DNA of 64,000 bases, taken from assembly GCA_965216565.1 (NCBI GenBank), contig OZ244170.1, positions 1,056,001-1,120,000 on the forward strand, in the 5' to 3' direction. Positions 40,687 to 49,829 of the stretch are shown piece after piece. A program made the translations under genes and the position numbers. The notes under the pieces were generated by a model. That model searched no databases, was not told where the DNA came from, and saw nothing but the letters and a program-made list of their open reading frames with translations. Source of the DNA: Bythopirellula sp. GTDB taxonomy: Bacteria; Planctomycetota; Planctomycetia; Pirellulales; Lacipirellulaceae. The stretch's first letter is position 1, and every line of letters begins with the position of its first letter.

Positions 40687-42093
40687 TCAGCCAGCCCCGG
40701 CTTTTCGCGGATCGGTACGGGAGATGATTTCGTTCACGCCGGTCTTGTTGAACCCTTTAAAGCCATCGTTGCGTTCTAAGATCTCCAAGTGAGACCCGAT
40801 CGCACCTTGATTACGAAAATGTTCGGCTTCGTTGGGAGAAATCGCCCCTTTGGCTAGGGTTGCCTCGAGACGATCTTCATCAACCTCCCAGTTCTCGCCA
40901 ATCGTGAACGCTTGACGCAGGAAGGTAGAATCGGTGAAGGGGGCCATGGATTCGACGCCGGCCTCCGCCAGTTGCACGCGGGCCGCATCAAAGTCGAATT
41001 GACATTCCAAGTGATGCATCCCGGCTTGCAACAGCGACTCACCATGCAGGGAACACCACAGGCCCACAGTGCCCAGATTGTCCAGCGGCGGTAGACCTTG
41101 ATGTGCAAAGTCGCCGCTGACTTCCTCTGGCGAGAGGTCCACATCGGCGAACACTACGATCCCGGCCCGCGGCTGCTCCATCACCTGGGCGCCCCAGCCA
41201 GCTTCGTCGCCGGCATAGGTGCGTTCGCGGCATACCAAGCCAAGTTTTTCAAGTACCGCCACCAATGGGGCAAAGCCTGCGCGGCTCGAACGGTAGGTGT
41301 GGTGATCGTGATTCGCCCAGCCAAGCCCTAGCTTTTGCTGCCTCTCGTACTGCACACGAGCGGCATGGTTGCGGCTCTGCCAATATCTGCGTTCGCCTGC
41401 GAAGAACAAATCGCACGCCCAATCCACTCCAAGATCGGCCACCGCCGCGTCGATCAGTTGGCCACACAATTCGAATGCTTCGTCCTCACTGGCGGCATCG
41501 TTTTGAAAAACGCGAGTGCGCTGCGCAAAGGCGCGAAGATGCTTGGAAGCTTGAGCGATCTGTTTATTGCTACAGGTCGGCCAGCTAAAATCGGGATGGC
41601 CGTGACGCTCGATGCCGGCAAGGCATGGTCCTTTTGTTCTGTCGAGTAGCGCGAGCCGCAGCGTGCTCCCAGGTTTGCCCAGGTGCGTGGTTTTGTTGCT
41701 CCCATACGCAAGAGAGAATTGCTCAACGCATTCGACCTTGATGCCCAGCACGTTTTGGCCATCGTTGTGGTCAATGTTTTGTTCGTCGAATAAGGAAGTA
41801 GAAAACACCACTGTCGGAAAGATACCGCCCGGGTGACGCCATACGGTGTCGGAGCTGTCGTCCGCAGTAAATCCCACGTTTTGCAGAGTTTCCGGTGTGC
41901 AGAGATCATGGTCCTGGAGAAAGAAGGAATCAACCCAATCCAGCAATCGAGTTCCCGTCTGCTCCAGCAGTCGAGTTCCCAATTGATCGATATCGGGGCT
42001 CTCGTTACGGAACGAATTCAGAAGGCGATCAATTACTTCGGCGGCAGCCGGTTGTGGCTTCCACCCAAAGTGATGCAAGCCGTCGCTAGGCAT
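40687..42093 (-). CDS. Putative VOC-fold alpha-keto-acid dioxygenase (HPPD/HglS-like)
   Basis: NHDHHTYR, AGMHHLE, FLRQAFT and HLEILER...GFKGFN align conceptually with the His/His/Glu triad and C-terminal helix of HPPD/DUF1338 enzymes. Confidence 0.6.
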   Translation of the reverse strand: MPSDGLHHFGWKPQPAAAEVIDRLLNSFRNESPDIDQLGTRLLEQTGTRLLDWVDSFFLQDHDLCTPETLQNVGFTADDSSDTVWRHPGGIFPTVVFSTSLFDEQNIDHNDGQNVLGIKVECVEQFSLAYGSNKTTHLGKPGSTLRLALLDRTKGPCLAGIERHGHPDFSWPTCSNKQIAQASKHLRAFAQRTRVFQNDAASEDEAFELCGQLIDAAVADLGVDWACDLFFAGERRYWQSRNHAARVQYERQQKLGLGWANHDHHTYRSSRAGFAPLVAVLEKLGLVCRERTYAGDEAGWGAQVMEQPRAGIVVFADVDLSPEEVSGDFAHQGLPPLDNLGTVGLWCSLHGESLLQAGMHHLECQFDFDAARVQLAEAGVESMAPFTDSTFLRQAFTIGENWEVDEDRLEATLAKGAISPNEAEHFRNQGAIGSHLEILERNDGFKGFNKTGVNEIISRTDPRKAGAG

Positions 42094-42273
42094 GCCAAGT
42101 TCCCCTTTGTGGATTGGAGTTGTCGCTGGCGAGGCTCATGCCATAGGATGAGCCCAGCTAAATTGTATTCACTAAAAACATCCTGGTTATCTTTTGTATA
42201 GTCTGCTGGGGCATCGCGGAACAGAGCCCGACGACAGTATTCGCGTTCCACAAACTGAAGAATTAGGTTCGAT

Positions 42274-43404
42274 ATGCATCGTGTGTTACTAATGGGTGCC
42301 GGCAAAATTGGCCGGATGATTACTCGACTCTTAATCGACTCGGGAGACTACCAAGTCACGGTTGCCGATGCCGATATGGATTCGCTCGCACGACTGTCGA
42401 AGCAGGCGGGAATCGACACATTACAAGTCGACGCGGCAAATCGCGAACAGCTAGTGGCGGCAATGAAAGATTGTCAGGCCGTGATCTCAGCGCTCAGCTT
42501 TCGATTCAATCCCCTCATTGCCGATGTGGCGCTCGAAACGGGTTGCAGCTATTTCGATTTGACCGAGGACGTAGAGACCACGCGAGCTGTCCGCAACGTT
42601 GGGGAAAAAGCGGCCGAAGGCCAGATCTTCATGCCCCAGTGCGGGTTGGCTCCTGGTTTTATTTCGATCGTCGCCAAGCACCTGGCCGACACGTTCGACG
42701 AGCTCGATACTGTCCACATGCGCGTGGGGGCTCTGCCCCAGTTCCCCACGGGTGCCCTCAAATACAACCTCACTTGGAGCACCGATGGGCTAATCAACGA
42801 GTATTGCAATCCTTGCGAAGCAATCCACGAACATCGCAAGGTGGATCTGCTCGCCTTGGAAGGATTCGAGCACTTCTCGCTCGATGGCGTTCGCTACGAA
42901 GCGTTCAACACTAGTGGCGGACTTGGTACCCTGTGCGAAACGCTCGAAGGCAACGTGCGCGAGCTAAATTACAAAACCGTCCGCTATCAAGGTCACCGCG
43001 ATCAGGTGTTGCTGTTAGTGAATGAGTTGCGCCTCAGCGAACGGCGTGATTTGTTGAAAGATATCCTTGAGAACGCTGTGCCGGTTACTTTTCAAGATGT
43101 GGTCGTGACTTTCTGCACCGTCACCGGCAAACGCGATGGCCAGTTTGTGCAATTGAGTGACGCTCGAAAAATCTACAATGTCTCGATTAATGACGAGAAC
43201 TGGAGTGCGATTCAGATAACCACAGCTGCGGGAATATGCACGGTTCTCGATATGCATTTCACCAACCAACTTCCCAGCAGTGGTTTTGTACGGCAAGAGC
43301 AGGTCGATTTCACCAAGTTCCTCGCAAATCGCTTTGGCAAGTATTACGATTCCCAGGTCTCCAGCAAGTTTGCAGGCGGAGCACCATCTAACAACGACGA
43401 TTGA
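42274..43404 (+). CDS. Lysine 6-dehydrogenase / saccharopine dehydrogenase family protein
   Basis: GAGKIG, YFDLTEDV, QCGLAPG, YNLTWSTDGLINEY, EAFNTSGG, YKTVRY.GH. Confidence 0.88.
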   Translation: MHRVLLMGAGKIGRMITRLLIDSGDYQVTVADADMDSLARLSKQAGIDTLQVDAANREQLVAAMKDCQAVISALSFRFNPLIADVALETGCSYFDLTEDVETTRAVRNVGEKAAEGQIFMPQCGLAPGFISIVAKHLADTFDELDTVHMRVGALPQFPTGALKYNLTWSTDGLINEYCNPCEAIHEHRKVDLLALEGFEHFSLDGVRYEAFNTSGGLGTLCETLEGNVRELNYKTVRYQGHRDQVLLLVNELRLSERRDLLKDILENAVPVTFQDVVVTFCTVTGKRDGQFVQLSDARKIYNVSINDENWSAIQITTAAGICTVLDMHFTNQLPSSGFVRQEQVDFTKFLANRFGKYYDSQVSSKFAGGAPSNNDD

Positions 43405-43409
43405 GTCCT

Positions 43410-44948
43410 ATGAATACAGCAGTAGAAGCAGCGACAAAAGCACTAGGCATCCACCTCCCCGCCCAGGCGGTAGCCGTCGGTGGCCAGTGGCAGGAGGGCA
43501 CCGGAGAGAAACACGTCGTGCGATCGCCAATTGATGGCAGCACGTTGATTGAGTTTCCATTGGCCAGTGCCGACCAAGTCGACGAGGTCACCGCTCAGGC
43601 TGCCGAGGCGTTTACGGCTTGGCGAGTTTTACCAGCACCAGTGCGGGGCGAATTTGTTCGCCGCTTTGGGCAGTGCCTGCGAGAAAACCTCAACGATCTC
43701 GCCACCCTTGTCAGTTGGGAAGCCGGCAAGATCACCGCCGAAGCCGCTGGCGAAGTGCAGGAGATGATCGACATCTGCGATTTTGCCGTCGGACTGAGCC
43801 GCCAACTTTACGGCAAGTCGATCGCCAGCGAACGTCCCGGGCATCGTCTCACCGAACAGTGGCTGCCGCTGGGACCGGTGGGTGTGATCTCCGCGTTCAA
43901 TTTTCCCGTCGCCGTATGGGCTTGGAATGCAGCGATAGCCTGGGTCTGCGGCGACCCTGTGGTTTGGAAGCCTTCCGAGAAAACACCACTAACGGCAATC
44001 GCCTGCCAGGCTCTCGCTGCTAAGACAATTCAAGAGATGTCCGAGGTCCCGCCAGCAATTTCTTCACTAGTGATTGGCAAAGCCGACGTCGGTCAGCGAC
44101 TCGCCGAGTCTCCACACTTGCCGCTAGTCTCCGCCACCGGTTCAGTGCCGATGGGACGAGCCGTCGCCCAAACCGTAGCCGCCAGATTGGGCAAATCGCT
44201 TTTGGAACTAGGCGGAAACAACGGCATGATCGTCGCTCCGTCGGCAGATATGGAACTTGCTGTACGCTCGATCACTTTCTCCGCCGTTGGCACTTGCGGC
44301 CAACGTTGCACCACGTTGCGGCGTTTGATCGTCCATAACTCGGTGGCCGACGGGCTCCGCGATCGATTGCTAGAAGTCTTCACACAACTGCCGATTGGCA
44401 ATCCAACGGCAGAGAGCACGCTCATCGGTCCGTTGATCGACGAACAGGCAGCCGATGCCATGGATCAGGCGCTAACCACCGCGGCAGAGCAGGGCGGTAC
44501 CGTTCACGGTGGGGGACGCGTGACAGACAACGTCCCCGAGGGCGGAGTCTATGTGCGACCGGCATTGGTGGAAATCGATGCCAATGCCGAGATTCTGCAG
44601 CAGGAAACGTTTGCCCCGATCCTGTACTTCATGCGTTACGACAATCTGCAGGAGGCGATCGCCCTTCACAACAATGTGCCGCAGGGACTCGCCTCGGCAA
44701 TTCTCACGACCGACGTCCGCGAGGCCGAATTGTTTTGCTCGGCTGCTGGTTCCGATTGCGGGATCGTTAACGTCAACATTGGCACGAGCGGTGCGGAAAT
44801 CGGCGGTGCCTTCGGCGGCGAGAAAGAGACGGGTGGTGGGCGAGAATCTGGCAGCGATGCCTGGAAACTCTACATGCGTCGTGCCACCAATACGGTAAAC
44901 TATTCGGAAGAATTGCCGCTGGCCCAAGGCATTAAATTCGACGTGTAA
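43410..44948 (+). CDS. ALDH7-type aldehyde dehydrogenase (piperideine-6-carboxylate/aminoadipate-semialdehyde dehydrogenase)
   Basis: GEVQEMIDICDFAVGLSRQLYG, ISAFNFPVAVWAWN, LELGGNN, GQRCTT, GAEIGGAFGGEKETGGGRESGSDAWK. Confidence 0.93.
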   Translation: MNTAVEAATKALGIHLPAQAVAVGGQWQEGTGEKHVVRSPIDGSTLIEFPLASADQVDEVTAQAAEAFTAWRVLPAPVRGEFVRRFGQCLRENLNDLATLVSWEAGKITAEAAGEVQEMIDICDFAVGLSRQLYGKSIASERPGHRLTEQWLPLGPVGVISAFNFPVAVWAWNAAIAWVCGDPVVWKPSEKTPLTAIACQALAAKTIQEMSEVPPAISSLVIGKADVGQRLAESPHLPLVSATGSVPMGRAVAQTVAARLGKSLLELGGNNGMIVAPSADMELAVRSITFSAVGTCGQRCTTLRRLIVHNSVADGLRDRLLEVFTQLPIGNPTAESTLIGPLIDEQAADAMDQALTTAAEQGGTVHGGGRVTDNVPEGGVYVRPALVEIDANAEILQQETFAPILYFMRYDNLQEAIALHNNVPQGLASAILTTDVREAELFCSAAGSDCGIVNVNIGTSGAEIGGAFGGEKETGGGRESGSDAWKLYMRRATNTVNYSEELPLAQGIKFDV

Positions 44949-45018
44949 CGAAAGCTGCACTCTACATGGACCTTTGGCTGCGATCCCCGTTGCTTCACTC
45001 GCAAATAAGGTCATCTCG

Positions 45019-45942
45019 ATGAATCGTCGCAATTTTGTCGCGCTAGGCAGCGTGGCAGGTGCTGCCGCACTCACAGCCGCCACTTCCCTGGCAGAGGAAA
45101 ACCAGGTGGATGCTGAACTCAAGTTCCAACTCAAATATGCTCCCCACTTTGGAATGTTCAAGCACTCCGCAGGCGACGACCCCATCGCCCAGCTACGCTT
45201 CGCCGCCGACCAGGGTTTCACGGCCTGGGAAGACAACAACATGGGCAAACGCTCCGCTGAAGAGCAGAAGAAGATTGCCCAAACCATGGAAGAATTGGGC
45301 CTCGAAATGGGGGTCTTCGTGGGCAGTAGCATCAACTGGAAGAAGCCTACTTTAACAACCGGCAAGAAAGAGCATCGCGATAAGTTTCTGGAAGAAATCC
45401 GGGCCTCGATCGATGTAGCCAAGCGTGTCCGGGCAAAGTGGATGACAGTCGTGCCGGGACACGTCGATCTCCGCCAAGAGCTGGACTACCAAACAGCGCA
45501 CGTGGTGGACAGTTTGCGCCGGGCGGCTGAACTCTTGGAGCCACACAACTTGACGATGGTCTTAGAGCCACTCAACTGGTGGACCAACCACGCAGGACTA
45601 TTCTTGGATCGCATTCCCCAGGCATTTCAAATCTGTCGGGCCGTCGACAGTCCCGCTTGCAAGATCCTGTTCGATATTTATCACCAGCAAATTGCCGAGG
45701 GCAATCTGATTCCCAACATCGACAAAGCCTGGGACGAAATCGGGTACTTCCAAATCGGCGACAACCCCGGCCGCAAGGAACCCGGCACCGGCGAAATCAA
45801 CTACCGAAACGTATTCCGGCACATCCATGCCAAGGGTTTCGACGGCATCCTCGGCATGGAGCACGGCAACAGCCAAGCAGGCAAAGCCGGCGAGCAAGCG
45901 GTGATCGACGCCTACGTAGCCGCGGATCGCTTTAGCGAATAG
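45019..45942 (+). CDS. Tat-exported hydroxypyruvate isomerase/xylose isomerase-like TIM barrel protein
   Basis: MNRRNFV twin-arginine signal, VLEPLN, ILFDIYHQQ, DNPGRKEPGTGEINY, GMEH. Confidence 0.9.
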   Translation: MNRRNFVALGSVAGAAALTAATSLAEENQVDAELKFQLKYAPHFGMFKHSAGDDPIAQLRFAADQGFTAWEDNNMGKRSAEEQKKIAQTMEELGLEMGVFVGSSINWKKPTLTTGKKEHRDKFLEEIRASIDVAKRVRAKWMTVVPGHVDLRQELDYQTAHVVDSLRRAAELLEPHNLTMVLEPLNWWTNHAGLFLDRIPQAFQICRAVDSPACKILFDIYHQQIAEGNLIPNIDKAWDEIGYFQIGDNPGRKEPGTGEINYRNVFRHIHAKGFDGILGMEHGNSQAGKAGEQAVIDAYVAADRFSE

Positions 45943-46437
45943 CCCCGACAGCGGCGGCAGATCATAGCCAGGGTCGTAAGACCCTAATTCAAGTCCCCCG
46001 CCCACGTCTGCGGGGGAGGCCAGTTTTCAAAGCAACATAGTGGGGAGGGGGTTTTGGGAGAACGCGATGAATCGACTTAACTCAAACATCTTATTGAAGT
46101 GGGTGCAATGAAACTAAATAAACCCACCTCACGAACTCCAATACAAAAACCCAATAAACAAAAGCAAAGCGAAGCAAAACGACATGAGGTACCAGAAACA
46201 CCCAGAGGGTGAATCGGGGCCTTTCACGCCGGTGCCCCACAAGTGGAAGTCGTCTAGCACGTCAGCTACCCTACTTTCTTATCTCTCGCCTGTCAGGAAT
46301 TCGGCAAACTTCCACTACTACAACAATTAGCTGGGAGTCTAGTGTAGACGCATGAAGTTGTAGACGCATCAACTTGCCAGAACCCTAAAAAGTTTTTGTG
46401 TCCGTTGTGTGTCGTGGTCTAAAGAACTCTATCAACC

Positions 46438-47403
46438 TTACACATCGATCCCCGCCAACTCGGCAGCCGACTGTAAATCACCCGCGGCGGTGGTGGCTCC
46501 CAGCCCCGTCACGCAGCGGGCACCTGTAGCCGCAGCGAGTTTGCCTGCCTTCTCGACGGGCCAACCTTTCAGGATTCCCGTCAACAGCCCGCCGAAAAAA
46601 CTGTCGCCCGCGCCGGTCGTGTCGATCACTTCTCCTGGAGGAGTGATGGCGGGCAGTTCGACATACTGACCAGTGCTGGGGCTGAGCAGGGCACCTTCCG
46701 AGCCCAGCTTGATGCCGAGTATTCCTTGCGATCCTGCGGTGCGATAAGCGTCGATCATCTTTTGGGGATCTTCTTCGCCCGTCTGATGTTTGGCCTCGTC
46801 AAAGCTGGGTACATAAATGTCCAAGTGAGGCAGACATTCCGCCAGAGGATCCATGCTGCCACCGTCGCCGGAGGCATCGAGTGCGGTCACACAACCGGTC
46901 CCGCGGATGGCCGCCAACACCTCAGCCAGATCCTGCTGCAAACTTGGCAAGAGCGAATAATAGCCGAGCAACATCGATTTGCTGCGAGCGAAGAGTTCCA
47001 GATTGTCCAAAAAGATTCTCTTATCAAGTTGTTTGGGCGCGCCGACCGCGTGCATGAAACTTCGCTCGGCATCGCTGTCGATCAGCACGGCCGTGGTACT
47101 CGATGAAGCCGTAGGGTGCGTCATCAAATAGTCGGTATCGATACCGTCGGCCGCATACCGGCTGCGAATAATCTCGGCCCAACTGTCGTTGCCAATATAG
47201 GTGAACGCCGCCACCTGCATCCCCAACCGGGCCATCGTGATTCCCGAGTTAGACACGATTCCCCCAGTGGTGAGCTCCAGGGGTTCGGTACGAACGAGTT
47301 TGCCGGCACCAATCGGTTCGCTCAGCGGCACAGGACGCACCAGCACATCAACCACACACGAACCACAAACCACACAATCGAATTCCGGTTGTTTAGCATT
47401 CAT
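46438..47403 (-). CDS. PfkB family carbohydrate kinase
   Basis: GGIVSNSGITMARLG, IDTTGAGDSFFGG. Confidence 0.93.
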   Translation of the reverse strand: MNAKQPEFDCVVCGSCVVDVLVRPVPLSEPIGAGKLVRTEPLELTTGGIVSNSGITMARLGMQVAAFTYIGNDSWAEIIRSRYAADGIDTDYLMTHPTASSSTTAVLIDSDAERSFMHAVGAPKQLDKRIFLDNLELFARSKSMLLGYYSLLPSLQQDLAEVLAAIRGTGCVTALDASGDGGSMDPLAECLPHLDIYVPSFDEAKHQTGEEDPQKMIDAYRTAGSQGILGIKLGSEGALLSPSTGQYVELPAITPPGEVIDTTGAGDSFFGGLLTGILKGWPVEKAGKLAAATGARCVTGLGATTAAGDLQSAAELAGIDV

Positions 47404-47606
47404 AATTCCCAGAATACCGTTGCCAGAGCGTGGAAGACAGTCCCCAAGGTGCCATTCGCGTCGGTGGGATGCGCAGGAATATGGCTACTGGTCGGCACAC
47501 CAATAAGGCGGTGGTAACTTAGAGGACAGAGCGATCTGCCAAGGTCCATGTACGCGAGGTGTTTGACGCTATAAACCGCAAGTCAAAAAAAAGCGAAGCG
47601 CTATCT

Positions 47607-48171
47607 GCCCCCTCTCCCCGGATATCTGGGCGACTGTAGGTTTATTGAACGCGTAATTTACCGATCGACAGGGGAGAGGGTTGGGGTGAGGGAATCTCGA
47701 CTAGAATCGCATTTCTTCTTCCACACCAACAAATCGTGCGATCGCAAGCGCGACTGATTCTACATCACTAAGGACGTCATCGTTGCAGAACCGCAAGACG
47801 CGCCATCCTGCCGCTTCCAAACGCTGTTGCCGAGCCTGATCACGCTCTAGTGTGTAGTCATGATAATCGCCGTCAAGTTCCACGACCAAACGATGCTCGA
47901 TGCAAGCGAAATCCGCGATTGCACTCTCAATCGGAAACTGTCGGCGAAACTTAATCCCACATAAGCGTCGACCTCGCAATACTTGCCAGAGAAGTGCTTC
48001 CGCTTTCGTCTGTCGCACGCGAAGTTGTCGGGCTCGCTCGGTCGTGATTGGATCTTGTTTAGATGGCATTGTCTCGAGTGGTCCCCTCACCCCAGCCCTC
48101 TCCCCGGTTACAGAGAAGTTGAACTCGACTGTCTAAGTTTACATCAAACCACGCTTCAGGGGAGAGGGGGC
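47607..48171. mobile_element. Candidate DUF559 nuclease cassette bounded by inverted palindromic repeats
   Basis: 13-bp perfect outer inverted repeat GCCCCCTCTCCCC/GGGGAGAGGGGGC; 22-bp inner inverted repeat with one mismatch (47671-47692 vs 48084-48105). Confidence 0.7.
47701..48069 (-). CDS. DUF559 (Vsr-like) endonuclease
   Basis: ARQLR..QTKAEALLW..LR, KFRRQ, ADFAC, VELDG..H, GWRVLRF.N. Confidence 0.93.
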   Translation of the reverse strand: MPSKQDPITTERARQLRVRQTKAEALLWQVLRGRRLCGIKFRRQFPIESAIADFACIEHRLVVELDGDYHDYTLERDQARQQRLEAAGWRVLRFCNDDVLSDVESVALAIARFVGVEEEMRF

Positions 48172-48310
48172 ATGTGACGCTGCGCGTCGGTGGGACCTTT
48201 AAACGACGAGATTGAACCGACCTTCCGTGTGTCGCTTTATCGTCCTGTGCATACTCATGAATGTGCAACGTCCGGCTCTTCGCGGAAGCGTTGCACACAC
48301 GATGCCTAAC

Positions 48311-48344
48311 AAAAAAACCTCCACCATCGTGAAATGGCAGAGGC
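48311..48344 (-). terminator. Rho-independent terminator
   Basis: Minus-strand hairpin GCCTCTGCCAT...ATGGTGGAGG followed by T7, just after the stop at 48374. Confidence 0.75.
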
Positions 48345-48373
48345 TTGTTCAGCTCGTAGAAATGTCGTCGCTA

Positions 48374-49294
48374 TTAGCGACCTGCAGGTACGGCGTACCA
48401 GCCATCGGCATCCGTTGCGGGAGCATGACTCACCGTGTGCGTCTTCGCAGGCTGCGAGTAGACGGCCTGACGGACCGGGACGGTGGGACCGCGCGAGGCA
48501 GTTAGATCACGAGGATCAAACAGCCGTGGTGCTTCGAAGTAGGTACTGGCATCTTCCTCGGCCACTGGCTTCGGATCGTTCGTAGAATCGGTGGTCACCG
48601 GACGCTGCGCGTCGTAGTTCGTCGAGCCAGGAACAGGTTCGTTGGGTGCCAAAGTAGGTTGCGGAGTTTGCGGTCCTGCACTCGGTTGTGACGAGTACGA
48701 TGGAGTTCCGGCGTTACCCGCACAGTTGGCACATCCCGTGCTGGGCTGCGAATAAATCGCTTGGCCCACGCCGCCCGAACAACTGGAGCAAGACGAGGTG
48801 GCACATGTCGAGCAAGTGTCGCAGGAACCATAGCCGCAACCGCAAGGGTTGCAGGAACATGGACTGCATCCACAAGCATTACAGCTGGATACGACGGGGC
48901 TCATTACCACCTGACGGGCAACCGCGTAATTGGTCGTATACGACAGTGGTGCATAGGACGTCACATAGGGACGATAGGAAGCCGAGTAAGCGTAGGCTGC
49001 CGTGTAGGGAGTGTACGACGTTGTGTACGTCGGGGCGTAAGCCGCGGTGTAGGGGGCATAGCCTGCGGTGTATGTTGCCGCCGGAGCATAGCTTCGTGAT
49101 CTCCAACGATCGAGAAGTTTACCCGGGTACCAACCTGTGTAAACCGGTTGCGTCACAACTGGCGAATAGGCCACGGTGGGGACAGCGCACGTTGAACACT
49201 GAGCGACGGAAGTCGACGCAGTCATCAACAGCAAGGAAGCTGCTACCAAACAAGCCAGGGCAATACGCATGGAACGAAAGTTCATAGTTTTCAT
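48374..49294 (-). CDS. Secreted Tyr-repeat, Cys-rich low-complexity protein
   Basis: Signal peptide, YTAxYAP-like repeats, CNACGCSPCSCNPCGC cluster, Pro/Thr-rich tail. Confidence 0.75.
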   Translation of the reverse strand: MKTMNFRSMRIALACLVAASLLLMTASTSVAQCSTCAVPTVAYSPVVTQPVYTGWYPGKLLDRWRSRSYAPAATYTAGYAPYTAAYAPTYTTSYTPYTAAYAYSASYRPYVTSYAPLSYTTNYAVARQVVMSPVVSSCNACGCSPCSCNPCGCGYGSCDTCSTCATSSCSSCSGGVGQAIYSQPSTGCANCAGNAGTPSYSSQPSAGPQTPQPTLAPNEPVPGSTNYDAQRPVTTDSTNDPKPVAEEDASTYFEAPRLFDPRDLTASRGPTVPVRQAVYSQPAKTHTVSHAPATDADGWYAVPAGR

Positions 49295-49829
49295 CTCGTA
49301 AGACTCGAAGTGTGAACGAGGGACAGTTATCCCCCAACTATTAGGTTTAATCTGCCGACCCATTGGTTGGCAACCATTTTCTGGCCGCACGACCAATTTG
49401 GTCAGGATTTCATGTTGGGGAGAGTTTGCGTTTTAGGGAAAAGACGGCGAGAGAAGCGTCCTCTTTCGACAAGTTTGCTGGCACTCTTATGAACCAACAA
49501 ACAGGTCGCGGCAGCCATGCCCCGCATTTTGACGACAGGATCTTCCTGCGGCCAAAATACGTATAGATAAGTGTAGCCTACGATATCGAGGTGATCGCGA
49601 ATTCATGCAGATACCAAGACCGTAGGGACTGCCATGTCGCAAAAATGCATCATGCGAAGGTGGGAATAGTGTCCCACTGCTGATACGTTGCTGCGCATCC
49701 TTTCGTTCGGAAAAAAGTGTGGCGTGAATGCAACGCTATCGAGGTTTCGTGTGCGCTGGTAAGGATTACGCGGCACTTGACAAGATTGTCACTTGCACGG
49801 ATGGCAAAATATAGAACTCGGGCGGACGA

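Noticed and set aside
46343..46369. Direct repeat TGTAGACGCAT, two copies
   Set aside because: Only two short copies with no associated gene start; not enough for a call.
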